A stretch of DNA of 58,576 nucleotides from Nemertoderma westbladi (taxonomy: Eukaryota > Animalia > Xenacoelomorpha): positions 1 to 58,576 of the forward strand of contig JAUCBJ010008113.1 of the NCBI GenBank assembly GCA_032718475.1. Reading direction: 5' to 3'. How positions within the stretch are numbered: the stretch's first letter is position 1; each line of letters begins with the position of its first letter. The notes beneath the pieces were generated by a model. It saw only the letters and a list, made by a program, of their open reading frames with translations. It was not told where the DNA came from and made no database searches. Position numbers and translations under genes: made by a program. Of this stretch, positions 44,231-57,303 are shown piece by piece.

Positions 44231-45454
44231 ATTTATGCACAACGCGCTTACCGTAAGAAAATTTGATAGATTGCGCAACACGTGATCCTTCCTTTATTTG
44301 GCTGCCAGGCCATATTGCTACCTTGACTTTGCTAGGTAGCAGTCCTCTTTAGGGGAGGGTGATAATAATTGCTGCCGTTGTTATATGGCTGATGGGTAAT
44401 ATGGTGTTATATTGGTTTCTGGGTTAGCGAATTACATATACGGATATTCACGTAACAACAGCGTTTATGCAGTAACAATCTTTAATTTGTTATTGCAATA
44501 ACATCCTTTGTGGCCTTGCAACTCGCGGTCAGAATTGGGTAGAGAATGTCACAATCAGCTACGTTTTATTTTCGATTTGATGCATTCGATTCATATATTT
44601 GATTAGTTTTACAACTCGCAAAGCAACTCGCTGTTAATACTAACGGCGTTGAATAACGTTACAATTTTGGAATAAAATATATTAACTACGAAGAATCCAT
44701 CAGGGGTTGTACTATCTTGAGTAAAATCCCAACGTAATCGGGCCTAATAATAGATACTAAAGTACACAAACTACTGCTGGCGAGATTGGTGCCTGATGTC
44801 TTCTACTAAACTTGGGCGAATCAATTGCCCGGGCTAACTCGAGCATCAGGGTGACCAGTACCTAACCGGTGAGGTAGAAGTACAATCTACAGAAACAGAC
44901 CAAACTCGCGAGAAAACAATCCCCGCGTAGCGAATCCTAACTACCACTAATGGACCTAAACTACTGTAGACTTGCCGTGGTGTGATTTATATGGGTATAA
45001 ACGACAAACTGAACCTGTCAAAATACCCCCAACCCCATCCCCACCCCATCCTCCACCCTAATTTTATTTCCAAATCAATGAAAATGGGCAGTTTCAGAAA
45101 ATTGCAACCACTAGTATAGACAGTGATATTATTGGTTTAAATTAACTGATTGTTCAACATAGTGTATCAAATACAATACAACCTTTACTGTCAATAAGTA
45201 CAATATAATAATTAAGTCTCAAAAATTCTAGAAACATCTGCACAAAAGATAGATGCACCGTAGATAACGATTGCACCAATATAAACTGACCAATCAAACC
45301 TAAGAATGCATTTAGCTTAATTAAAATAATATAGACCTATTTTATAAGAAGCATGAGTAGGTTATCCAATCAATAATTATCCAGCAATACCATATATATA
45401 ATGTCATACTGTTCCGCAGTATATTAATTATAAAATTATTGTATAATTAAAAAC

Positions 45455-48157
45455 TAGGAATGTACCGGAATCGGAATTTAGGTTATTTAAGGCCGGAACC
45501 GGAACTGGAATTTCAAATGCCGGAACATTCCGGCCGGAATCGGAATGTATATAAAATAAAGCCTGCGTCTTAAAGTATCCACGAAATAGTTATGGAAGGA
45601 GAGGGGGGGGTGGGGGGTACATTTATTTACTTTTATAACATTGTCTCATACTCAACACTGTCATAGTGTGAAAAGTAAGATTTGCCCGAATGTTTATGTG
45701 CCCGAATGTAATTTAAGAGTGTGTAGTAAAACAATGTTGAAATTTTAAGTTGATATTTTATTAGATATTAGATATCAGCCCATTTTTCAAAATTGGCTTA
45801 GCGTGCTTAATTAAATTTTCCATTCGTGCTTTTCCGTGCTTTTCCAACAAATCTTCGATAAATTCGATTCGGGACACCTTGTCACCCCTTTTCAAGTGTT
45901 TGTAGATTCCAGCTATTATTTCGCGCACCAACCATATGCTTCTAGAACTGTAAAAATTTGAATGATAAAATGTTTCTTGAAAACAAACTGTTGAAAGTAA
46001 AATTTAATAATTAATTAAAAAATCAACAATATTAATTATTATTATCATACTGAGAGTGTTTAAATGTTTAAACTTACCACCAGTAGTGGTGGATTTAAAT
46101 CGTCAAAGTTGTTGTGGGATTATACTGTTACTTTTAGTACAACTAAACTCGGTTAGTTTTTGTATAAACCCGTTAGTTAAGGGGGGGGTATAGTAATTTT
46201 AGAACGATTTGGTGGGTTTATGTATTTAGCGTGTAACTTTTGAAGATATGAATGGTTTTTCTTGAATATAGTCCCATTTCAAAGCTAAAAGATGGGTCAT
46301 TAACTTAACAAAAAAAAATCCACAATAATTAACGTAATTAGCTTAATTATGCATAAATTAACATAATTAATGAGGTCAAATTACGAAACAGTAGAAACAC
46401 GATTTCTCATTTAGTTCTCAATGGATTTTTAAAATTATTTTTTTGTTTTAATGAGAATTATACCCGCATCAAAGTGAACGAGCAAAATTTTTCTAGACCT
46501 CACAGTTTTGGAATTATATCAAATTTTGTGACGCTTCGATGAAAAATTCCGAAATTTTGGGAAAAAGTCACCATAACTTTTTTCTAATTTTTTTTTCAAA
46601 ATTCTGTTCGTTCATTTTATTGCACAGTTTCTGAGCATTCCAAAACAAAAAACAGATTGAAAATCGGTTCACAAATGGAGGAGAAAACGTGTTTCCCATT
46701 TTTTCATATGTTCAAAAAATAGTTTTGAGTGAAATCGCTTTAAAGTTCGGTTATAATAATTCAAACCTTCCCGCCATTTTTAGTAATATGGATTTTTTTC
46801 CCTTTTCCTTTGTATAGTATTTTTCGAATCAATCTTTGGTGCCAATTTTGTACCTAATAAAAGTAACAACCAAAAACAAATTGGCAACATAACAAAATTG
46901 ATTTTAACAATATTTAGCAGGATGAAAGAAAGCCTTCGCGCAGCACGAGAAATTAAGTGAAGCCTTATTCATAGAACAAATATAACTTTTTTATTAGAAT
47001 ATTAGAGTATTACACATATGACTAACATGAAACTTGAATTAAGACTAATACAAAACAAAATAAGTAGTTCTGAAATCATTTACTAGAGGATAGATGTTAA
47101 CTTTTTATTACTATTAAGAAAAGTTAACTTTTCCCCACTATGGAATAAAACGCTACTTTTCATATTTTAGTTTTCACAATTTTTCACAATATTCACAAGT
47201 TTTCACTTAGACAACAATTTTTCTGTTAGTGTTTTTCTGGATGGTGATTTCATTTCCAATGACAGTTTTTTCGTTTGATGGCAGCCAAACTGTATGTTTG
47301 GTTATCCGACTGTCAGTAATATTTTGACAGACTGACTGACAGACCGACATCCACAAAGACAGACACGGCGTCGTCAAATGTAAAAACTGAGTTCAGAAAT
47401 GAAATCTCTGACCAAGAAAACCCTTAGAACGGAAATTTTAGCTGGGTTGCGTGCTTGAATACATTTTGACAGACTGACCGACAGACAGACAAATGTACAG
47501 ACAGACATATAGCAGTCTAGATTCTGCAAAATATTAGAACTGACTCGGGAAATTAAGTTACCGAATTAAAACACGGTAACAAAAGTTATAGTTATAGTAG
47601 CTATAGTTATAGTAGTATATGGAGTGCTTTCTTAGACTACGTCAGGCAAACCGACAGGTGCTTTATAATAATTTTGATCAGACAGACCGACATAGGGTTA
47701 GAAAATCCGCCACAACTCGAGAAGTTAAATAGATCTCGCCAAGCCGTTTTCAGATTTAAAATCCTCATAAAATTCTGCTCTTGATGAAATTATAAAAAAA
47801 AATCAAATTTTTTGACCAAAATTACTATACCCCCCCCCTTAAACAAATTAAATATACCGGTACATAGTATAGTCAAGTTGGTTTAAACATCATTTGATTA
47901 GAAGTAAAATCTCTCTGTAACTTTATATTTGAATCCTATTGTTTTCAAAATAATTCTATATTGTGAATATTTAATTAAAAGTGTACAAATTAAATATTTT
48001 TAAAAATAAAACTATCAATTTTACAGAAAGAATATTTTTAAGAAAAAGTTCCGCTATTCCGGCGCAGCGCGCAGGAATCTCTGCCATTCCGGCCGGAAAT
48101 GGAATTTGGCAAAATCTGCCGGAATTCCAGCCGGAACGGAACTCCGGTACATCACTA
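45455..48157. mobile_element. Non-autonomous hAT-like DNA transposon containing a nested insertion
   Basis: TIRs TAGGAATGTACCGGA / TCCGGTACATCACTA; dense subterminal CCGGA motifs at both ends; imperfect 8-bp TSD ttaaaaac / gttaaaac. Confidence 0.7.
46181..47838. mobile_element. Non-autonomous Kolobok-like element (TTAA TSD, GG...CC termini)
   Basis: 20-bp TIR ggggggggtatagtaatttt / aaaattactatacccccccc flanked by TTAA at 46177-46180 and 47839-47842. Confidence 0.75.
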
Positions 48158-48653
48158 GTTAAAACTAATAGTAATGACGGACCTGCACTGTACTCCAATG
48201 AAGCAGCACTAATCTCTCGTGTTAACTTTTCATACACCAATACTAATTGTTTGCGTAAATGTGCATTAAAATAAGGCAAGTCGGTGGTTACTATAGTTAC
48301 CATATTTACTATAGTAATAATTAATTCATTAAGCTTTCGCGATTAATTAACATAATTACATAACAATCTACTTATATAATATTATAAATAATTAATTAAT
48401 AAATAATTAATAAATTATCCAGTTTTACATAAATAATTATTCTGCCTTTTAAGCTAACTCATCTTCACTCTCAATTCCATCAACCTGGAAAATATAATAT
48501 TAATTTCATTATCAGTCAATGTTTCATAAATAACATAACATTAACATTATATCTCATTAAATCATAACATTATTGTTTCATTGTATCTTATTTATTTACG
48601 TGAGATAACAAACATGATACAAGTTCCATGTCCAATGGGCCAGCCGGAATAAG

Positions 48654-48884
48654 GGGTCAGAGTAAAACGCGGATCCGGATCCGGATTCTACATTTAACAT
48701 TGTCCCTGCGGAAGTCGATTTTTTTACATTTTTATAACTCCCAAAAATAAAACTATAACCTGTTCTATTGACTTTAGTTTATTGTTTTGGTTAAAATACG
48801 GTGCCACTGTAACCTGCTGCTTTCCCTAAATTTATAATTTTGGAATCCGGATCCGGTTCCGGATCCGCGTTTTACACCTATCCC
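48654..48884. mobile_element. 231-bp MITE, superfamily uncertain
   Basis: Imperfect ~27-bp TIR (gggtcagagtaaaacgcggatccgga / tccggatccgcgttttacacctatccc); direct repeat ggaataag on both sides (8-12 bp depending on boundary). Confidence 0.8.
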
Positions 48885-50109
48885 GGAATAAGGGATACTT
48901 TTTAGAACCACCTGGAACTAAAACTTGTTGACAGTGGTTAGTGATGTTCTCTTAACTATAAGAAATATAATTGTTTTTTTTTAATTCGTTAAAATTAAGT
49001 CATTTTTTAAATTATCAGCCCAAAACATAACTTACACTCAATCCAACCATATATTTCCGAATTCACAAATAAATGCTAATTCACAAACAAAAATGCTGCA
49101 AAATTTGGTAATTAGTTTTTTAAAATAGTGATAACATTATTATAGAGTTTCAAGTTCAAATTCAAGTTTACTAATATTTCGATCGCCTATATCAGTTGAA
49201 TATAAAAAAAAACAAATAAATGCAAAATACAATATAGCTCCACCTTGGCTGATAGCAGAGCTAGTGTTTCAATACAATTATTTATAAATCAGAATTTTAT
49301 AACACATTTACAATAATGTAAGGCCTTTAACTAGGTTTGGCTACAATAGTAAACCTCAATCTCCGTATACACTGCAACACTATTATGGTCCTGTATTGTT
49401 TATCCTTTTAGCTCGTATGGGCTCTCGATTTTTTACGAAGATGACCACATAACCCGCGTAAACCGCGGGGGAATTTATTGGAATGTGTAGTGTCAGTAAG
49501 AAGTACACATTAACCACACAAACTACAATTCATTAACTTATTGTCAATGTATTGGAGTTCATCTTCTGATGCATTCGCTAGCGGTTGATTGATTAATAGA
49601 GCGGATATCGTTTATCATGTCATATTTATTTACGTCTTTTGCAGATTCTCTACTACATAATATTTCGCTCTCACAGAAATGACTACAAAATTTAAACAAT
49701 GCGGATGAATAAGATTAAATTAACAAACCAACTGAAAATTTCATTATTAATCTAAACTAAATTAAACACTTATAATCTAACAAACAAAGATGACAGATGA
49801 ATGCATAGGTAATTATTGAGAAACAGTAAAGAATTGATTCCGATATGACTTGACTATTCAATTCATGCTTTGGTGTTACAAAGAAAGATATATCCTTTTG
49901 ATTTTCCCTAATTTCAAGTCATGTTAACTAATATAGCAATATACCTTAATTTATTTAGTCTTCAAAACACATACAGGTGATATACAGCAATGAGCCGGTA
50001 GTCTAAAGTGATAACTGGAGTCAACTACAAAAGTTCAGTCAATAACAAATAACAAACTGAAAACTAATAAGGTTTATTATAAACCTGACATACATGGTTT
50101 ACTACAAAA

Positions 50110-50560
50110 TCGAGCGAGCTCGGACAGTGGAAATGAGACCCTTCCAGGCTTCCCGACTCTCCAACTACTACTAGACCGAGCGAGCTCTGACAGTGGAAAT
50201 GAGACCCTTCCAGGCTTCCCGACTCTCCAACTACTACTACTAGACCGAGCGAGCTCGAACAGTGGAAATGAGACCCTTCCAGTCTTCCCGACTCTCCAAC
50301 TACTACTACTAGACCGAGCGAGCTCGACCAGTGGAAATGAGACCCTTCCAGGCTTCCCGACTCTCCAACTACTACTAGACCGAGCGAGCTCGGACAGTGG
50401 AAATGAGACCCTTCCAGGCTTCCCGACTCTCCAACTACTACTAGACCAAGCGAGCTCGAACAGTGGAAATGAGATAATCCCTGGCTTCCCGACTCTCCAA
50501 CTACTACTAGACCGAGCGAGCTCGGACAGTGGAAGGAAATGAGATACTCCCAGGCTTCCC
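50110..50560. repeat. 66/69-bp minisatellite
   Basis: cgagcgagctcggacagtggaaatgagacccttccaggcttcccgactctccaactactactagac, about 6.7 copies. Confidence 0.95.
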
Positions 50561-51619
50561 AATTTCGTCGTGTTTCGTCGATTCGTCGTCAGTGTCCAGG
50601 TCTCACCACCGTATACAAGTACACTTTCCACTGTGGCTCGAACGAACTTAGTCTTCAGTTGACAGGAGGCGTCAGGTTTCCAGATGGTATTCATTTTTGA
50701 TAGAGCCACCCATACCTTTGATTTCCTAACTTCTATATCTTTTTTGCTACTCTCTATCCATGACCCGAGGTACTGGAATTCGTCAACGATCTTTAGTTGA
50801 TTATTATTCATGGTGGTCAAGTTCCCATTAACATTTAAATCAATTTAATCAATTTTAAATCAAATCAATTTCAAGCCGGCACAGCATTCTTAAAAATGCA
50901 GCTGCAATGCAGCATGCCGATCATAGTAGTAAATCAATTTCATCGGTCTCTAAGTCTATGAACGGGATATCTGATTGTTCAATGTTTTTATAGTATGCAC
51001 ATAATATTTTTAAAAGTTGTGGCCGTCCTCATTGCATAATCTAATACAATTATGAATAGTAAAGGCGCCAATGTGTACACCAACAATGATAAGGAAGCAC
51101 TCAGTTTCACCATCTGGTGAGAGTACCTGAGCTTCTGTGTCACAATATGACAAAATCCCCTGCAAGCAACAATTACTTCTGGTATTCCATAAGCTCTAAG
51201 GATTTCCAGCATTTTACCTCTATGGATTGAGTCGAATGCTTTCTTGAAGTCCACAAAAGTCAGGACTACGGGGAGATTCTTTGACTTAATTCCCTCAATC
51301 AGTCTCCGTAGCGGAAGTGTCTGAGCTATTGTTGATCTATTTGGTCGAAATAAGTTTTGGCTCTTACGCAGTAGTTTCTCTATGTGAGGCCTAATCCTAT
51401 ATAGAATCATTTTATTGTATATTTTGGCAGCTACCACAAGCAGACAGATCCCACGATAGTTTGTTGGTATGCCGAGGTCTCCTTTCTTGGGGAGAGGCTT
51501 TAGTTGGCCTTTAGTCCCAATTGGTGGTGTCTTTTCCCATTTCAGCATCCGGTTGCAAACATCCAATAATGGTTTGTTCGGCGCCCCTGTTAATTTTTCT
51601 GCAGGGATTTCATCTAACA

Positions 51620-52142
51620 AGCAAGAAAACAAACAGTCGGCCGAAGCCGGAGGCAACCTGAAGGTCCCTCTTTCGATATTTGCTACCCGAAGGTAGGGTG
51701 GGCGCTACTCCTATCTCCTAACCGAAAGTAGGGGTGGGCGCTACTCCTACCTGCTACCCGAAGGTAAGGGTGGGCGCTACTCCTATCCGCTCCCGAAGGT
51801 TGGGGTGGGCGCTACTCCTATCTGCTACCCGAAGGTAGGGATGACCGCTACTCCTATCTACTACCCGAAGGTAGGGGTGGGCGCTAATCCTATCTGTTAC
51901 CCGAAGGTAGGGGTGGGCGCTACTCCTAACTGCTACCTGAGGGTAGGGGTGGGCGCTACTCCTATCTGCTACCCGAAGGTAGAGGTGGGGCGCTACTCAT
52001 ATTACTTGTTTTGCTCCCAGTAATTTAACTGGTACTCATTTTATCGACCTCAGTGAATGAAAGGCTGAGTGGACCCTTGCGGGGCTAAACCTACAACCAA
52101 TAGTTTGTAGACCCTGCGCTCAACCAACTGAGCTACCCTGCC
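51620..52142 (-). mobile_element. tRNA-derived SINE with a CORE-like central domain and an amplified 36-bp segment
   Basis: Minus-strand head ggtagctcagttggttgagcgc (A box), central actcagcctttcattcactgaggtcgataaaatgagtacc, (ttg)-rich tail; sits inside the RTE-like ORF. Confidence 0.7.
51681..51998. repeat. 36-bp tandem repeat within the SINE
   Basis: tgctacccgaaggtaggggtgggcgctactcctatc, about 9 copies. Confidence 0.92.
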
Positions 52143-53820
52143 CTAAACACATTAACTTTATTATTGCTGTAAAAATTGCTTTTAATACTTCTCTTGAGTT
52201 CAGCATGTGTGAAGTCCCCTGTTTCTATATGTAGGGTCTTGTCATATCTTGTCCTTGCAAGGTGCTGCCCAAGCATGTTGAGGAAGTGATGTTTCAATTT
52301 CCCAACACGTGCGATCGTGAATAACACGTGTTGGCACAACTTTTCTATACAGATAACTCACTTACAGATTGCCATGAAAGTCTTGGTTGGTTCAATTTCG
52401 TCCAGTATGTACTCCTGGCTTACGTTGGAAGCCACTTTGAGATATCTTTAGCTTTCTCACCATTGTTAATATACAGTAATCTTATTGGCTGTTGGTTGTT
52501 CAGTTTTTACTATGAAATCGACAAAGCGGTATATGGAATTGATGCCTTGTTATAATATAAGTTTGCTTGCAAAAACATGATCTTCAAATATTTTGCTTCC
52601 TGGTGCACCTTATTGTCCTCAAGTTCAGGACTATAAGCGACTATTATCATGAATACCTCAAATTGTAACATCCTTTTGGGGATGAACTACTTCTATTACT
52701 CCTGTTAGAAATCCAATAATTGATTTAGTTGTGGCAGGGCAAGAGTGGATTGGTTATTTTCTGAACTATTGCACAATATGGTCGGTGTGCTTCAATGCGT
52801 ATATGTGCTATAACATTAAATTAACTCTAAGAATTATATTTCTAGTGACCTCACAGATACTGTTTTATGTTCATTCAAACCTCAACGATCTACTTGGTGG
52901 GTGAGCGCACAGTAAAGTTATCTTAAAGATCTTAAAGATCGTAAAGATCTTAAGTTATTGCACAAAAAGTTGATGTTGGCTCAATGATGGCATGATATAT
53001 TAGTGAAATCAAAAAATAACTAATGGTTCTGTTGAGCGGCACCATATATTTTGTGGAATATTTCGAGACATAATAACTACAAACTTGTTTTGAAGGTATC
53101 TATACCAAATAAATCAATGATTGTGGTTCGAATAGTCTGATCTCTACCGCAGATGTACTAGAAATTGTTAATCACCAAAAAAAGGCACTAGTTGGGGTAT
53201 TCTAGTAATATACACTTTGGGGTCTAAATTTGAGGAGGGCAAATGTGCATCAAGGTATCTTTTTCACACAAATTTTTAAAATTTCCAAAAATACCATTCT
53301 TTGCTCCAAATTAATCCTTAATGTGGTGTGTGCCATTATTTCAATTCATATTATTCCACATACATGGTGTACTAGGAAATACAATATTCAAAAATAAACA
53401 AGCCAATGCTGTGACGTTAGAAGAATAACTACTGTTTCTACATACAACATTTACATATGTGATGCAGACTGCTGTCTTCAACCATTCACTGGAGTACATA
53501 ACGAGGTTTTGAACTTCGACTATGTAACATCCTTTATTGTATAGTCAGTTCTAATTTTTTCTCTCAGTTATAATTGATATGCTTGCTTGTTGTTGGTTTG
53601 CTAGCTCTGAAACTGAGTCTGAGATTGTATTCAATCATTCAAACTGAGTTTGAATGAACATAAGCAGTTTCTATGAGGTCACTAGAAATATAATTCTTAG
53701 TTAAATTGCTATATGATATATAGATTGATCAGCTGTTAATGATACTGTAATTTTTATGCAATATTATGGTTTTGTTTAGAAATCAAAACAAAGAAGAAAT
53801 ACGAAAACAAAAAAAGAAAA

Positions 53821-53906
53821 CAAGTCACCGGGGGTTGAACCAGCGCTATACGTACGTGTCAGCCTATCAGGCCTCATCAGTAGCGCTAACCAGCTCAGCG
53901 ACTTGC
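53821..53906 (-). ncRNA. Type I minimal hammerhead ribozyme motif (A14C variant) inside a tRNA-like Pol III cassette
   Basis: Minus strand: AGCGCUA-CUGAUGA-GGCCU(gau)AGGCU-GACA-C(guac)G-UA-UAGCGCU; outer stem CAAGUCGCUG/CGGUGACUUG; A-box-like TCGCTGAGCTGG, B-box-like GGTTCAACCCC, T-runs downstream. Confidence 0.8.
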
Positions 53907-56854
53907 CCCTGACGCATTGAGGCACGCCGCGCATAGGCACAGAGGCAAGGAAAGCAGAGTCTGGCAGAGTGAGTAAAGGCGGTTGCCAAAATGGTTGTGT
54001 GGGGGTTCACACGCGTGGTCGCAAGAATTGTGCGAATAGCAAATATCATGTATCTTGAACACAAATATTTCAGATATTGTAACATGAAAATGCATAAATT
54101 GAAAATGATATTTGCATGCTGCATGCGCGAGATTCGACAAAAGAATCTTATATTGGTCATGGGAACTGGTCTTCTTTTAATATTCTTAGACATCATACCT
54201 GAGTAAATGGCACGTTTATGACTAGATTACTACTGGATGGATCATACTGCATAGATTCAATGCTGCTTCCAAGTACAGCATTGCCCAGCCTAGGTGCAAT
54301 GCCCATGGCCTGTTGATAGCGGCAGAAATAAAGTTGTAAAACATAATATGTATAATCGGAATAATGATATAATATCAACATAATGATACAGTAAGTAGGT
54401 ATCACTCTGTCATTCGAACGTTGTTACAATATAAAAACACTTAACTACAATGCCAATTATTGTCCCTGTTACTTGTTACAATAAAAATTGGATCACTACG
54501 GGTGAGATCTCGTTAACTAGTAAAATAATATCGTATTGTTAGTTAGTTAGTTTAGTAGCACCGATACCAAAATAAATCTAATAATCGAATGTCCAAAAAT
54601 TGACGATATATATACATAAAAATTTACGATTAACTTTTCCAATATTACTTATACTAGACATTAAAATAAACGTTAACTTCTCATTGTTCCACTTTACACA
54701 TTTTACAAAACATACAATGTTCCTTTTACTTTTTTCTACAGGTGTGTCAAAGTAAGGTTTTTTTGCATGTAGCTAGAACATTGTGCGACTAGTAGCTGGT
54801 TGAGTTCCGGCTGCATAACATAATTAGCAAGCCAGACGTCCGGTGTTGTTAAGGATTTACAGGTAGTAAGAAGGAATATCTACTTAGTCTACTTTGTCTC
54901 TGTAAATTAATAAGTAGAATGTCCAAATTTATAAAACGTTCTGAAAGTGTTAGATTGGAGAGTAAATATTAAAGATAACTTCCACATTCTATAGTCTGAT
55001 TGAAAATAAATGTCAATTACTGATTTGGAGGAACTTTTAGACTCACTAAGTGTAGGTAGTTATGGATTGTAACCGCATATAATCATAGTTCCGTGTCTAT
55101 AAGAGATTCCCTGCTCAGTTGATTACACGTAATGTGGAAACACCTTGCCGACATAAGGTGGAAGACTTTGATGGTCGTCTCTGGGTTGCGCTGAAGCGAC
55201 TACATCAGTCTTGCGAACAACGAAAAATATATATTTCCTCCACTGTGACCTCTTGATCAAAATCACCTATTATAAAATGTTCCTCGGTGAATACTGGGTG
55301 GTGGTTGGGCTGCCCGAATCCGGCCTTCACTCCCCAACACCCTCGGAAGTATCCCTTTGCATGGAGGATGGTGGCCATGGGCCGCGGTCTCCAGATCACA
55401 CTGATTATTGGTTCTGGCAGGGGCTGCAGCCCATTGGAGTCGGGCGTTGGATCTACCGTCCCTTACCGCAATGATATCAGTAACGGGACTCACAGCTGCT
55501 GGGGTTGTACTGGCCTTGAAAGATTCCACTGTTGGTGGTTGATACAGCTGTGGTATACGATTTACACTCGCACTGCATTCTTAGCGAGATTCTGCCCAGA
55601 CAGATAGAAAACATTGCCATTGCCATCAAAGTATCGATAAATAACTTTTCCTCATCATTAGTGATGCCTTCTTCTATTAACAGATATTTATAAGATATAA
55701 CTTCTTTCTGAAGATTGTGAAATCCTTAACAGTATCCATATTAATTTAAAGTATAATTAAATGTTACAGTTAGAATTACTTAATCAATAAAATTGTATTC
55801 TGGAATTTCTGACATATGTCAGTATACACTCTACAATTATTGTACATCGCTGTCTAAACTTTCAGAAATTACAATCGCAAGCAGACCATCGAATTATGTT
55901 TTTTTTTAAACTGTTTATAAACAATGTTATTTCGTGTCGAACAAGTTATATAGATCTATAACGAATTTATCTAAAAAAAATAAACAATAAAACTTAAGAT
56001 CCTCTTATAATATATTATATATTCTATTATATTTTTAGTATCATTGTTAATAAATGAATTAATATTGGCACTACCAACAAGGCAAAAGTAGTTAATTATT
56101 ACTTCATTAATGCAATTACAATAAGATATTACATAATAATCTTGAATATAATATAGATTAAACAATTGTGTTATTTACTATTAATTCACTCTGCAATACA
56201 TCGATAATAGTTAACAGTCCATTTCGATATTTAAAGTTGTCTAAATGGATTCTGGTTTGTTCGCAACTTAAACTCCTTTGATTAGTCTCTCCTCGTCCGC
56301 ACTGCTATCCCCGTCAACATCAACCGTTGGTACCCGTAGCAGCAGAGGCTCCTGGGTAAATATTATATTATTACAGTTAATGTAGTTTTTCAATCCTCCA
56401 ACTTCTCGTCAACTGCACATGCGCCATCTGCAATTCGTGCTGCCGTGCAAATAGGAATATCTTTTGGGTCAACAAGGGTGTCCAATACCGTCGCCAAGTT
56501 TACCAATCATAATTAATACCTTCACCTCGCTCAGTGGAGCAATCATACAAGGGTCACGGTTTGGTAATCAAATTAATAATATCGCAGCAATGTTTAGGAA
56601 TAAAGATTTGTTCGGGTTCATGCAAAGCCGGGTGACAGACAGTTTGGGTGTTAAATAAAACTCAAAATAATAATATCCTACTGTATAAAATTATAAATAA
56701 TTTGTTTCAAACATAAAATGTTTTTTTTATATTATTTATTTAACCTAATATGAGATTTTTCACGTTAGTTATTGTATATGTTGGTATTCCCGGTATTCTG
56801 AAATTAATTACTTTTTATTATTGTTGGTAATTTGGATGAATGAGTTTCATATAT

Positions 56855-57303
56855 TATCACTTTTTGTTAGGCACAGCTTAGAAAATTCGGAAATGACGTC
56901 CAGGTGGGATCGAACTGGTGACCTCCGGTTGGAAGTCTGATGCTCTAGCCATTCAGCTAGCGGCTTAGTTAAAAGATAGACCTGGAAATACTACCTGATG
57001 CTTTTTATGTCCACAATTTACGCCTTTATGTGTAACTGTCCTGAAAAATTATGTACTTAGTGCATATTATTAATCATAGTGGCCGTGATGTTCATGGTTA
57101 ATATACACTACCCGATGGGAGTCCATGAGGAGGTAAATTGCAGATATTCAAGGTATCAGATATTATTTCCAGGTCTACCTCTTTAACCTGAGCCGCTAGC
57201 CGAAAGGTTAAAGCGTCAGACTTCCAACCCAGAGGTCACCAGTTCGATCCCAGCTGGACGTCATTGCCGACTTTGCAAAGCTGGGCCCAACATAAGTTAT
57301 AAG
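56855..57303. repeat. Inverted repeat whose arms are divergent tRNA-Gly(TCC)-like pseudogene or SINE heads
   Basis: ~145-bp arms (56855-57000 and 57153-57303); right arm gctagccgaaaggttaaagcgtcagacTTCCAAcccagaggtcaccagttcgatcc. Confidence 0.75.

Larger units (their letters stand above)
50590..52560 (-). pseudogene. Decayed RTE-like LINE reverse transcriptase, split by a SINE
   Basis: GDFTHAELKRSIK (~52180-52220), LDEIPAE, PLPKKGDL...NYRGICLL, FVDFKKAFDSIHRG, TLAPLLFIIVLDYAMR, FQYLGSWI, ESVLVYGGETWTLT. Confidence 0.85.

Noticed and set aside
47280-47700. Helentron-associated (HINE-like) fragment with GACA microsatellites (similar at ~58020-58300)
   Set aside because: Suggestive only; no diagnostic termini could be fixed by eye.
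50077-50820. Genuine 247-aa protein
   Set aside because: Chimera of a LINE RT tail and read-through into a 66-bp minisatellite.
55120-55660. GC-richer block with short ORFs, possible host exon
   Set aside because: No recognisable domain, stops in most frames and no supported splice pattern; left uncalled.
57190-57262. Functional tRNA-Gly gene
   Set aside because: Acceptor, anticodon and T stems pair poorly; part of an inverted repeat.
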